A stretch of DNA of 64,000 nt from NCBI RefSeq assembly GCF_008831285.2, contig NC_045138.2, forward strand, positions 41,602,001 to 41,666,000, read 5' to 3'. How positions within the stretch are numbered: position 1 is the first letter of the stretch; the number at the start of each line of letters is the position of its first letter. Source of the stretch: Nymphaea colorata. Lineage: Eukaryota. The notes under the pieces were generated by a model that was not told the DNA's origin, did no database searches, and worked only from the letters and a program-made list of their open reading frames with translations. Below, one piece after another: positions 1 through 29,004 of this stretch. The position numbers and the translations under genes are program-made.

Positions 1-929
1 AAGTGGGAGCGGGAGATACAAGGAAACGCTCATCTCCCGCTTGATAAACCTTCGTGCAAAATTCCGGCGGTCCCTTCTTTGCATGGGAACTCAAAACCTT
101 CCAGCCATCGGAGGATGGAAAACTTTTAAAGAACGGGAGGCGGGTAGTGACAACGGGGCGAGGAGGCACAAAAAATTGGTCGCAGAAAAAGAAAGACTGG
201 TGGTGGTGGCGACAGGGATGGTGCAATCGCGCAAACCGACCGGAGGAGGACCATTCAGCTCGTGTCAAGAGCAAAGGAGCCAGGAGGGAGGTGGGTAGCG
301 GCGACAATGGAAGATAAATGACGATGACGTTGGTACAGTTGAAGACGGAGGGGGTGAGTGGGCGGTCGGTGGTGGCGGCGAAAATGGGAGAAGGAAGAGG
401 AAGAAGCGTGGCCGCAGATGACGATCGACTGAGAGTGGGAGGCAGCCGGTCGGTCTCCACCGTCGTCGTTCTTGCGTGTTGCTTTTCCATAGTGGGTCCC
501 ACTTCAAGAAAAAGTCGATAATTTTTTGGAAAATTCTTAAGTAACCTCAATTTTTTCTTTCATTTAAATACCTTAAATTGAAATCTCCGAATTGACCTTT
601 TTAGGTCCGAACTGGTTCGGGTTAGGTGTTCAAATGAGCCTTTTTATGACCAGCTTTGATTTGCACCATAAAAATCTTACCACGGCATTAGCAACTTATA
701 TGAATTGTTTGATTGTTTTCTAATATAGCAGACGATTCATTAACACTTCTACATATTTTTTTTAACCATTATGCTGTTCCATTGGACTCAAAATTATACT
801 ACGTTATATTATCTTATACTATATTTTGTTATATTATATTATATTACCTTATAATATATTATATTGTATTATACTATATTATATTATCTGCCGTTAGTTA
901 AGTTTTGATCGTTCTACGAAAAGCTGTTG

Positions 930-962
<33 letters not shown>

Positions 963-1898
963 AGTCGTTTTGTTTGTACATCCATTACTCATTGGACTTG
1001 TGTGGTTTAATTTTTTTTTTTTTCAGTTCTCTCTCTCTCTCTCTCCTCCACCACGTGCACGACCTGTACCCTCCCCTTTCTGTCTCCCCCACATTTGGAT
1101 TAACGTATCATATATTATTGCTTTAATACCGATTATATCAACTCTAATTCAAATTGGAATATAGCTTAGTGTGATTAATGACATCTTAAAGTTGGCTTTA
1201 GCTTGCATCTAGAAAAGCTTGGAACCACTTAACAGTCCATAGCATGACACATATATATATATATATATATAAATCTCTGAAATTTTCTCCAAACTCTTCA
1301 TTTTTAAAACTATATTTTTAAAGTCTGTCTCAAACTCCTTTAGAAAACCATGTACTTAATTGTTGAACCTTATATCCGAGTGCTAATGTCAATCATAACG
1401 ACGTGACCAAACACATCTGTCCTCCATCATCTCTCTCTCTCTTACAAGTTCTCTACCTTTTTCCATATGCATAAAATGAAAATATTAATATTTTGTGTTG
1501 TTAGTTCTCTTTTATTTCTAACTAATAAGCCCCTATATCAATTAGTCTCTTTCTCTCTCACTACTTATATTTCAACTTGGGTATTGTATTTATAACACCT
1601 CAGAAATTTAGTTTCGTATTGAAATTGTGATAGATCTTCAAGGGTTTATAAAGAGGATCATAATGAGACGAGCTGAGCTAGAGGATTGAGCATAATTACA
1701 GTGTTTGCCATCATTTGCGGCTCAAAAAGTAATGCAACCTAGCGTGACAACCTTTTGCCACTCATTTTTCATTTCAAATGATGCACAACCAATTACCAAA
1801 CGATGCCTTGTAATTTGTCCAAAATAAATGTTTATGGAGAACCAAGGCAGGCTTAGTTTTACATATATATGATTGAACGCAAGCATTGGAACCACCAA

Positions 1899-7097
<5,199 letters not shown>

Positions 7098-7224
7098 TTA
7101 TGGTGTGTTACGACGCCGTCTCTATAATCAGGTTTTAGTTTTTGCCTGAGGTGTGTGCTCTTAGAAGACATTCAGTCAATCAGATTTGCCAAATTTATGA
7201 ATATTAATACTATTTTTTTCATTG

Positions 7225-7350
7225 AAAGGTGTAGATTGCTGTTTCTTAAGATGGATAAAGATGAGCTGTGAATTCTATAAATGAAATGACTGAAAGATGG
7301 GTGGAGTCTGTCGAGTTTGAAGGCAATTAACTGATTTCCAGTTTTGAGGG
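7225..7350 (-). promoter_or_regulatory. Upstream block conserved among SCPL copies 1-3
   Basis: gtgtagattgctgt(ttcttaagatgg) sits ~135-160 bp upstream of the ATG in copy 1 (~7229), copy 2 (~12433) and copy 3 (~18801), followed by shared gaaggcaa/ttccagttttg blocks. I did not recognise it in copy 4. Confidence 0.55.
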
Positions 7351-7881
7351 AGACGGTATCCGAAAATGTTCCCTTTCTTATATGTAAGGAAGTTAGAACC
7401 CCGAAGTTTCTTTAGAGGAGGTGTAATGAATGTTAGTCTTTCCTTTTTTAATTGCTTGGGATGGTGATAATTATTAGAAAGTATGTTTATTGCATTTTAA
7501 AACGTCGACAATTTTGGTTTTTATTTTCTTGTCCAGAAATGTTCCCGCATATAAGGATGTATAAACTTTAGTTATACAGATCAATTCTTGCGTCAATTTA
7601 ATTTGAATTAAATTTAAATGAAGATCAGTGTTGAAAAAATCACACAAATTGAAACCTTTTTAAATGACTTCAGCTGCATATATAAGGTTGGAAGATAAAA
7701 ACTCATTCCTTGACATGATCCAGTAGATGAACTTCTTTGTCCTGGGGATTTAGAAAAGAAAGTAGAGATGCAGAAGAGATGCCGGCGGGATTGAAATCAA
7801 AGACCTTTCTAGATATGATAGTGACTTCACCATCCAGCTACGTCACATAGAATCAATCATCTCCCCTCCTTGATATGTCTA

Positions 7882-8165
7882 GGGGGCGTTTGGCAATGAA
7901 AACAATAACATATTGTTCCATATATTTGTCCTAATTTATGATTAATTAGAACGATACATGAAGCATTACGTTACTGGCCTCACTGCCAAACGTTTTCCAA
8001 GGGGCTGTTTGGTAGTAATAGCAAGCAGTAACACAATGTTACTTTTTCATGAAAATGAAGATGTAGATTCATAAAACACTAGAACAAATGTTTCGTGTAT
8101 CTACTCCAATTTTTAAAGTAAATTCATATGACAATAGCAATGTGTTACTATCGCCAAACAACCCT
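7882..8165. mobile_element. Two adjacent Tourist/PIF-Harbinger-like MITEs
   Basis: TIR pairs gggggcgtttggca...tgccaaacg and ggggctgtttggtagt...tcgccaaacaaccc, followed by TAA. Confidence 0.55.
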
Positions 8166-8246
8166 AAGTGATCTACAATAAATATATATATATATATTGG
8201 ATGTTACTTAGAAGTTAGAACTCGGGTTTGAAAGATCCACTAACAC

Positions 8247-8364
8247 ACCCACAATATTCCTCTGTAAGGTATCTTAGGATCACATTGATTTGGTTGACAA
8301 TCCAGACCCACAATATTCCTCTGTAAGGTATCTTAGGATCACATTGATTTGGTTGACAATCCAG
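8247..8364. repeat. Perfect 59-bp tandem duplication
   Basis: acccacaatattcctctgtaaggtatcttaggatcacattgatttggttgacaatccag occurs at 8247-8305 and again at 8306-8364. Confidence 0.95.
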
Positions 8365-9064
8365 CCATATTCAAACACTTAGAATCAATTAACTGGGCGA
8401 CTTGTTTTGCTTTAGGGTTGCATGTGATCTAGAATCTATTTTCGTGTGGCCTTGGTCTTAATGCGGCAAATTCAGCTTACATTTATAGTACTGTTGGCAA
8501 ACTATGCAAGTAATAGGACGGGCAACTCAATGTTGTCAAATGCTGGATAGTTGTCAGATGAGTAAAATTAAAAAATTCGTCGAAGGACTGAATGCCAAAC
8601 TTATGAACAAGTGCCCAAATCATATCAACCTATATTGGCATCCCTCTTTGAGGCTCCAAATGATAGAAAGAAAAGAATTTTCTGAAGGCAATTTATGTTG
8701 ATCTTTGTTTGATTTGTGATGAAGTCACCAACGTGATATCTGTAATTGGCACGCATAATCCAGTAGGATCATCTTCAGTACCATCCAAGCAGTGGTGTAA
8801 AAAGAAACAAAAACACGACGGGCAAGCTGTGATTGATCACCACTTCTCGAGACCCACTTTTCCAATTCGATTAATCCAGAAGCAAATTAACAAATGATAC
8901 TTTGAAATTTGCACAAAACAAATGTTCATGGACAACTAAATCAGTATTCTTCCTTTGGATAATCTGCAACGGATCTAACACATTGAAAAACTGTCCACCC
9001 AAATTCCGTAAGAAATTGTAATCTCATTTACTCTAAGACCAAATTGATAAAGGCCACCAACTAG

Positions 9065-12361
<3,297 letters not shown>

Positions 12362-12983
12362 CTACTAATGTGGAAGAACATATTAAATTGCCAAATTTAT
12401 GAACATTCATTAGTTGGCTTTAGCGTTGTAATGTGTAGATTGCTGTATTAATGAAATGAATTAAAATCGTTCCGAGATTATTAACATGATTCGGTGTCTT
12501 TCCCGTTTTGAAGGCAAATTGACTAACTTATTCTAGATTTCAGCGATCTGTTGCGCCAAATTTTCTTTCCTTGTACATATGAAAGGAAAACCAAACCCTA
12601 AAGCTCTTGTAATGTTCCGCTGGACTAGTGGATATGATGTACAATGTACAGGCAATTGCTAGGCTTTATGTGTACATGTGCGTTTGAGAGCTTTCTGCGG
12701 AACCTATCAACAGCTTCAATTTTATTTTTATATGGATCCATTTTCTAGGTGGCCTCATGATATGGTTTACTATGTTGGTGAATTGTGTATATATGTATTT
12801 TAGTAATGTTAGAGGTTTTTTTATTACTTTTAGAATTGTTCAATATAGAAGTTTTGCAAGTTTCTAAAGTTATTTGTGAGGGGTTTTAGGTAGCTATAGC
12901 AATATGTAGTTCGGAGTCAGTGTGACGATTATTTCACCTAGTCTTTTGATGAGAATTGAGTCCCCTTTCATTGTGCTTCTAGG

Positions 12984-13173
12984 CAGGAGTGAAGCCAGAA
13001 ATTTTTTATGAAGGGAGCTGAATTAAAGTTTTTAAATTTTGATCAGAGCCGAAATATCATTTTTCAAAATTTTTATATAAAACAAGTGAAATTTTTTAAC
13101 ATTTACATATAAATTAAAAAAAAAGAATTGAGGTGAGGCTAGGGCCATGCAGCCTACATTGGCTATGCTCCTA
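12984..13173 (+). mobile_element. hAT-type MITE, family A, copy 1
   Basis: Termini caggagtgaagcc / ggctatgctccta; 8-bp TSD cttctagg / cttctatg (7/8). A related inverted copy lies at 26883-27060. Confidence 0.7.
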
Positions 13174-13656
13174 CTTCTATGGTCTAGGGTTGAATGAATA
13201 GTGCTCTCACCCAATTATTAGAGAGATCTAGTGCATAGGAATCAAACTAATGATAGAGATTTCACATCGGTACTCTGCCTCTCGAGGCTATTTCAATACA
13301 TAGTTATGATCCTTTCATTTAATTAGATTTTTTAAAATTTGAAAACGACCATAGATATGAGTAGGTTTGTAATTTATTTTTGGATGTAAGAATTGAAATC
13401 GTTTGTAAGTTTATGCACATATAAAAAATATATATAACATGTTTATTATGTAATATTAGTCTTAAAAAAATTATTAAAGCTATTCTTTTGAATGAGTGGA
13501 ATATAAATCTATAAAATATTGAATTGAGATGATCTATAACATTTACAACGTATTACTACTATGCACAGAAGCGTCCCCACATTTGCTGGAGCTCTCATGG
13601 CAATAACCAGTTTGACAAATTACCTGAAGTGGTTGCCGTTGTTAGGAGTTGGTAAA

Positions 13657-13836
13657 AGGGGCGTCACACGTAACGGTGTTTTAAAGGGTTGAGCCAACTT
13701 GAACCCGACTCAAACTCGATCGACTTGGGTTAAACCCGACTTGGATTAAACCCTTTTGTTAAACAAGTCAAGCTCGAGCTCGAGTCAAACTCAAGCGGAA
13801 CACATCAAGGTCGGCTAGGGTCATGTATACTGCCCC
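13657..13836. mobile_element. Degenerate CTCGAG/ACCCGA-rich hAT-like MITE
   Basis: Subterminal-type motifs (aacccgact, ctcgagctcgagtc) like those of the 55416-56227 element; termini are eroded. Confidence 0.4.
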
Positions 13837-14808
13837 ATTCAAACCGGCATTAGCGAAATCCATGCTCTTGTCTCATATTACTCAAAAGCTTCTTCTGAAA
13901 CTAAACTCATTATATAAGGATAACACAGAAATTTAGTGGCTCGGCCTAAACTAAAGTTAAAACCTGTCTGAATTGGAGATGCGAATCAAGTCAGCCCACT
14001 TTGTGTTCAACTCATGGACAGATAAGAAAGACATCAAATCGATCGGATGTCTGTCGGGAAGAGGGCAGATTATCGCCAAAGGTGCTTGGTTTTTAATAAT
14101 TATATGTTAAACAGTTCTTTATGAAATGCTTCAAGAGACGGGTAGGTGGGTGCATAAAAACAAGACTTAGCATATTTGATTTGCTTAAGAGTTATTCCCG
14201 TGGACCATAAAAAGTGGGATTGTGACACTTTAATTGACGGTTGTATTGAACCCACCTAGATTCCAGCGCAGCACAAGACCCAGCCACCATACTCAAACAT
14301 ACCACCTTTGCCCCCTTAACGAGATCGCACAAAAAAAAAAAGACTTTATCGTAATTGTTCCAACTCATCTATGAATTGGAAAACTTGCAAGACAACATAA
14401 GAGAACTTTGCAAGTTGAAGAGATGTAAATGTTTGTCCAACATTTGTTTCATAATTTAACATCTTTAAAAAGCTAAAAATCACCAAGGAAGTTGGTTTGC
14501 ACATACATTGGCATGGCCTTATCGGTTGTGTAAAGTTTGTAAGCAGCAAGCTATAGACACCATGGTATATATTTTGAAAAAGTTTATAGTAAAGATTTGA
14601 TCCCAAGCTTTCACTGTTCAGTCTGTTCAGTATAGTAAAATAATTCTAACATTGGGCTACCACATTAGAAGATGGAATGGAGCTCAGACTAGCTTTTGCG
14701 ACTCACTTTTTTCATTCAAATAATGCATAACCAGTATCTAACAACTGACATCTTGCAATTTGCCGAAAACAAATGTTCATAGAGAACTATTGAAGATATC
14801 GAGATCGA

Positions 14809-18665
<3,857 letters not shown>

Positions 18666-19289
18666 TGCTGCCACACCGAATGGAGAGGAACTATGGTGTG
18701 TTGGTTTTTGCCTGGGGTGGCGCTCTACTTATATGGAAGAAAGCAAAATTTATGAACAATAATTTGTCACTGCTTGCTTCTATATATCATGGTAATTAAG
18801 GTGTAGATTGCTGTTTCTTAAGATGGGTAGACATGATCTGAAAATTCTTGTGAAATGAATGAGAATCGTTTCAAGCTTGTGATGATTCGGTGTCTTTCCC
18901 GCTTCGAAGGTAAACTAATTTCCAGTTTTGTGGGAGCTAGTGCGCAAATTATTCTCTATTTCTGTTTGTAATTAAGGAAATCGAATCTTAAAGTTTTTGG
19001 TGGAGGTGTACCAAAGGTTAGACTTTCCTTTTTGTTGTTATTTGGGTTGGCGTTATGAAAAAAGAGTGAATGCAATTGCCATTTTACAATGTTCATCGAA
19101 GCTTTTTACCGTGTGGGATTTACTGTCATTTTGTAGGTTCAAACTTATTATCGATCCAGTAATCTTGCATCTATTTATTTTGAATTAAATCGACAGTGTT
19201 GAACAAAAAACGCTCGATACGTTGAAACTCATTTTTGAAATTACACGACTTCAGCTTCTCTTTTAAACAATTAACAAATTGCACGTATA

Positions 19290-19324
<35 letters not shown>

Positions 19325-19430
19325 CCAAATTAATCCTCCCTATCTATCTCTCTTTTTATTAACAGTAAATCTTCATAAATTTAATGATTTGTTTTGAAAC
19401 TTTAAGAAGAGGCTTAATATTACTTTTCAA

Positions 19431-19600
19431 AGGGTTGACGCAATGGTCAAGGTGGGAGCTGGTAGACTGCTAATTGTGGTTTTGAATTCCTGAATATCAA
19501 TAGCTTGTGTTGCAAAAGAAGGGCCCCTGAAAATGCAAGTTGAAGCGTGATGGGGACTGTACCTCGAAACATCAAAAGTATGTCTTGTACCTTAAAAAAA
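19431..19600 (+). mobile_element. Candidate tRNA-derived SINE
   Basis: Box A-like TGACGCAATGG (~19435), box B-like GGTTTTGAATTCC (~19478) and an A-tail at 19594-19600; length ~170 bp. No clear TSD. Confidence 0.45.
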
Positions 19601-21057
19601 GAACGAGGTGTTGGGTGGAAGTTTCAGGATTGAATGAAAACTTAACTCTTTTTAGGTGATAGGATACATTACTCATTCAATTCACTCGAAATAAGAATTT
19701 TGATATTCAATATCATATCCGAGAACGCCACTCAACGATCCAGATCACCCCTGCAGGATCGTGTGTCAAAGTGTGGGAAACATGCTACAATATATACTGA
19801 TCATATTGGGATCTGATGATCATCACAAGTATAAGTAGGGATCGTATATCATCTATGAAGGATCTTTTGATAATTATATGCAGCTTATGTATATAAATAA
19901 TAATAACATGTATATAATGCAAGATCAGTCCAAAAAAATTTTAAAAACTATCAACTTTTTAATGAATGAGACATTATAAGTTTCTAAAATATTTCATTTA
20001 GGTGATCTATTTGCTTTTTTTAAAAAAAAAATTACCATGTATATCTACTTTTTGCGGAGGTACTTGTCCTTCTCTTATTTATTTTGATGGGTATGAAACC
20101 GAGTATGCATTTACCATATCCAATTTATAGGACTGCTCACATGTATAAATACGATTCAAATCCAACTTTCTTTTCTTCAAATGGCGCATAAATTGGACTG
20201 CTAAATATACAAATTCAAAAAAATTGATATTAGATATATAGCATATTTATTTGAAACTGAATACCTTATCTAAAAACGAATCGGAATTTCAATTTAATTG
20301 GATATCACTACGATGCAATTTCTTAATACATGCTAAACTTGTCCTTTTTTTTATATATCCTCTGATCCGATCCATTGCACCCATTCCTTCGACCTATTGG
20401 GAGACACATAGGGTTTTTCTCGTCCCTCCATTGCCCTTTTCCTGTAACTATTGAGGCTCAGCTGGCCACTCGCTGGGCGATCTTCTCCTCCGCCGCGATC
20501 CTCTGATCGTGATTTTCCCTCTTTTGCCCGTCCTCAGGGTCGTGATCAGAACGGCCGATTCATATTGAAAGCGATGGATTGATTGCCATCGGTCTTCATG
20601 CTTTCTCTCTCTCTCCTTGCGTCGTTTATGCCGTTCGAAGTGATCCTTTTCGTTTTATTTGTGATTTCGAGGTAAGTCTACTGTTCATGAGGCCGGTCGA
20701 CAAATGGAAGCTGAGTTCTCTATGCTTAGATCTGAAAGATACGAGATTTGTCTCTGTTTAACATGACGAGTTTGTTCGATCGGTCCGTCAAGTTATTGGA
20801 TGGAAGTCGAGGATTTCCCACTGGAATTTGAATCTTTGTTTTGGGAATGTCTGATCCTCTCACATCTGAATCACAAATTCATGTGCTAGACCGAAAATCT
20901 TCCTGATAATAACCGTATCTTAATAAGCAATAAACCTAATGACTTCAATTTAGTGGAGAATGATGGAAGTAAACTTTTGTAGTTACTTGATCACAAAGAT
21001 CTAATCCAATAAAAGATGAGCCCCCAACAAACTGATCACATCGCCTGGATGTCGAGA

Positions 21058-24642
<3,585 letters not shown>

Positions 24643-26189
24643 TTAAAGGGCCCTTCCCCACAAAACAAAATTACATCTTGCCTTCGGCAATGCTGCATTT
24701 AAAGTGGGACAAAGTTGAATGCTAAAATTGGACTACAAATACAGATACTTTTTGTTGCGGTTAAATTAACATTCTGCCTCAGATACATGGATCTGAGATG
24801 CACATATGAAGATGTTATGATGAAATTTGTTGGAAATTAGCAAATATTTCGGAGGAGATATGCTTCCATATTATGAACATTTGTATCTCTCAATAGTAAA
24901 ACTTCCTGCCTATGATGAGCATGCATGGGCCCTAGTTCGAGGGGGATTATCCGGAATTTTGTTCATACAGTTAAGATCATTTTGTTGAATCGGAATCTCA
25001 ACAGCCAAGTTTTTCTATGCTTATATATGGTTCCGCCACTCGAACAGATAGTCTTCTCCGCTTTTACGATTTGCAGAGTATTGCAGAGACAAGGTTCTTG
25101 CTGCATGATTATATACTTACAATTACATGGTCCTTTTGGTTAGAGCCCTGTTAACATAGATCTTGCTTCGGTTTTGAGGAGGGTTGGATAACTATGTAAA
25201 ATTGGCCTTATGCTCTTTATCTCTGCAACAAATGCTCTGTCCAGGATATAATCTTTACGAGGGAAGTTGTTTTTGTGTCTTTTTTTGGCCATGGTAAAGG
25301 TAAATACTTTATATCTATCAGTATCAGAAAATACCGTTCTTACTGAAAAATCGTTGGTAATTATATTTGCTGCATGAAACAGGATTCAGTTACCAATCAG
25401 TTCTGATTCGATATGCATGATCTTTGCATTTGAATCCCAGCCCCATCCAACTCAGAAATTGAACAAGAATCCAAATCTCCTTCCAACCCAAACTCTGGAG
25501 TGAGTCATCAGATTGCCAACTATATGAACAATGTATCCGTGCCCTCAGATTATCAAGGAGCAGATGGAGTTAAGATTGGAGACCAAGTTTTTCGCAATTT
25601 ACTTTTTGTTGAACATTTTGTGGATGCAAGACAAGAAAGCTGAAGTGTTCCATCCATACGCTTATACTGAAAATTTTACAAAGACACACTCAACAAAAGC
25701 ATGCTTAAGTTCTGTTTTCTTTCATTTAACCACCTAGATTACATAGGAACAAGGTGGTTCAATAAATAAATAGAATTCAAACTTAAGCCCACTTTTGCTA
25801 TACCACCAAACGTTTAACGTGTTTTTGCAAGGAAGGAATTCAATGTCAATTATATTAATAAAGAGAAGGGCACGAAGAGAATTCTGCATTGCAGAAGAAC
25901 TAACAATGGATTCCACAAATGGAGAAGCATATAGGCCAAAAGGAGGCATTACTTGGTGAATGGAATGGAATCAGATTGTTTAACAATCAGATTAAATGGT
26001 GAAGATTAATATGGAACCACTTTTCCGATTGTATTAATTCAAAATCAGATCAACAAACGGTATTTTGAATAATTGTTCATGGAAACCAGGCTTCTTCTTT
26101 TGGAACATCTACACAGGATCTAATTACACATTGAGAAAACTGACGATCCCGTACTATAAGAAATTAGAATCTCATTTGACCAAAAACCA

Positions 26190-26575
26190 AAGAGTAGGTC
26201 ATGTTTAGAAGAGTTCATCTTGCAGTATGAAATTTTTAAAAAATTAAACAAGTAAACGGTAAGTGACAAACAATACATTCTCATTTTCTCAGTGTTAATT
26301 TTAACCAGAAGGAGAACAGGAGAAAAAAATTTTAAGCGTGTGATTATTATCTAACCTTTTTCATTATTGCCCAGGAAAGAGAACAGAACCTCACAATCAT
26401 TATAAATGAATTAACAGCCATAGTCTAACATGTTCTGTCAAAAAAGAACTACTTTCTTCTAGAACATGAGATTAATTTGCACAATAATTGTAGTTCAAAT
26501 ACAAAAACAGGAAACCTACACAATCAGAGTCAAACACCTGACCTGTGTATCCAAACCCTTCGCCCATTGTGGATT
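26190..26575 (-). pseudogene. Relic of a fifth SCPL copy (3' end of exon 6 plus part of intron 6)
   Basis: The minus strand at ~26570-26543 reads NGRRVWIH(S)|gtcagg, against NGLRVWIYS| in the intact copies. 26193-26240 (agtaggtcatgtttagaagagttcatcttgcagt) resembles copy-1 intron 6 at ~4106-4140. I found no other exons. Confidence 0.65.
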
Positions 26576-26611
26576 AAAAATCATTTTTTTAATAAATGAT
26601 AAACACACACA

Positions 26612-26648
<37 letters not shown>

Positions 26649-26882
26649 CAAAATACAAAATGTTACAGTTAGCTCATTATCTTGAGCTGTCTTTGGACAA
26701 TATTAAATCTCAGTGGGTATATGCATGGCTAAAATTGGAATTCTTTATACTTTTAGGTGGGGAGAGGTTCATCTTACTACGAGACTTCAGGTCGCCGTCC
26801 CCCTTGCATCTGGTGTTTCTGAGTTTTGTCGGCATTAGTAATCGCAGCTATGCAGCTTCCAACTTCAAAATTATACTCCCAT

Positions 26883-27060
26883 CAAGGGTCGCATGGACCC
26901 TGGTTCCACTTTAATTTCTTTTTTTTTTTAGATTTACATATAATTTTAGAAAATTTTAGTTGATTTAAATAAAAATTTTAAAAAATGATATTTTGATTCT
27001 AGTTAAAATTTGAAACTTTAATTCGGCTTTTCTCATGAAAAATTTTTAGCTTCACTCCTG
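26883..27060 (-). mobile_element. hAT-type MITE, family A, copy 2 (inverted)
   Basis: Reverse complement resembles 12984-13173; ends ...gcttcactcctg; flanks actcccat / attcccac (6/8). Confidence 0.65.
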
Positions 27061-27669
27061 ATTCCCACCATCTACAAATACCAGAGCGTATTTATCTGAT
27101 AGAATCCAATTACAAACCTCCGTTCTAAACGTCCCCAACTCTAACTCGACCAGCTCAGCTAAGTTAAGCTGTGTGCCCCATAAATGAAATTCTTTGCACT
27201 TTGCTTGCACGCTTTATACTTCACTTTTATTACTTTTAGAACATTATATGCACTCTTTACCTGTAAATTTATTCCACCTGACCGTATCATCATTATTAAC
27301 ATTGTTTACTCACACAATTTCTGACACAAGTCAAACACGCTTCCTCATCAAACATTCCCCAACAATTTGTCATGAGCCGTCATTTTTAACTAGCTTTTAA
27401 AATATTTTTTAGAGTTTTCTTGTTTTTAATTATTATATATATATATATGTATATTGAAAAAAAATTGTTTAATATTTTTTACCAATTCACAACTCTTAGG
27501 AGCTTTACGTGTTGCGCTGGAAGCGGCTTCCTCCATAGATTTAATTTTCTTTAAAGAGCACTTAATAGGCTACTGTCTCTTGTGTATTTTCAAGATTGAG
27601 GTAAATCTATGGGTCCCTTCCAGCCCTGAGATCTTGGCTTTTGGCGTGGGAAGTCGACAAATATAATTT

Positions 27670-27949
27670 AAGTCGGATAAAAGCATCATTTACCATATCT
27701 TATTTATTGATCAGATGTACACATATCCGACTGAAATTGAATACAAGCAAACAAAAGTTTTATGTCACACCAGAATTCGATTCTTAAATCCAACTTTCGA
27801 AATACACATATTTGTATGGAATTGAATCCAAATGCGTATCTGAATCTGATGCAATTTTTTAATGGATGTTAAATTTTTTTTCCACGTCCTAGTTTTATAA
27901 AACAAGTCTGCTGGACATCCAATGTGAATTAGATCCATTGACATCTCTA
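27670..27949. mobile_element. ATCC-rich hAT-like MITE remnant (relatives at ~20090-20385 and ~31260-31640)
   Basis: Shares the blocks catttaccatatc and aaatccaactttc, and the terminus gatccattgacatctcta / gatccattgcaccc, with 20090-20385. Confidence 0.45.
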
Positions 27950-28491
27950 ATTCAGATCACGCCGAGGAAAACAGTTGTTTCAAATAGATGTGTTCTTCGT
28001 CAAATGTCGGCGGAATAATGTCCAGCCGGCCCGGCCACCTCCTCTTGAACTGTCATATAGCGCAATGCCAACACCGAACACAGCCCAACTGCGAAGCAGC
28101 AACAAATTAATTCTACTTTGGAAGACTGTGAGGCGTCAGGAAGGACATCACCTACGGAAGAGAACCTCTGGACCTCTCCTCCCTGGATAACTTATGGCGT
28201 CTTTCTGTGTACACGGAAGAAGTTGAATTCCTGCGTCGCCTCGGATGAAATTCTACGTTCTTGTCTTTCTCCGGCCAACATTTTCCTTCTGTTCGGAGTA
28301 ATAATGGTGTGCTGTTTCTGACTTGGTCCTTTCCTCGTGGCCGATTTCGGTTGACGCTCTGCTTGGGAACAAAATCGGCGACGCTGATGTTTGGCTTTAA
28401 CAATTGTCAGCAAAAATACAACTCAGTTCCAGAGGGAATGGCAGAAAATACATGCAAGGATAGCACTTAGATTCGTTCCACTGTCCACCTT

Positions 28492-28528
<37 letters not shown>

Positions 28529-28928
28529 GCATGCGGTTAAAGCCAGCCATCATTTTTTGCTATTTCAAAACCAGACTTGTTGATCGTATGATATACTTTT
28601 TTAACTTGTGTGTATCGTTTACAGTTCAGGGAAGTAGCATCCATTGAATCGAAAATAATGCGTCGTCCCCACGTCCTTTGGAGCTGAGGGAGACATAACT
28701 TTTCTTTGGAAAAAATAAACGAGCTCAAAAAAAAAAAAAAAAAGACCTCAATCCCAATGTTTCCGAGAAAAGTGGCTACATAAGACCACATTAATATATA
28801 TGCCACCAACTTGTTCCCTGCTTCTAATCCGTTGGCATGTTTATTTATCATAAACCTAACCTTCTGTAGCATGGCTGTTAAAAAATGTTAATCAAATAAA
28901 ATTTTTTTAAGTAAAATCTCAAAAACAC

Positions 28929-29004
<76 letters not shown>

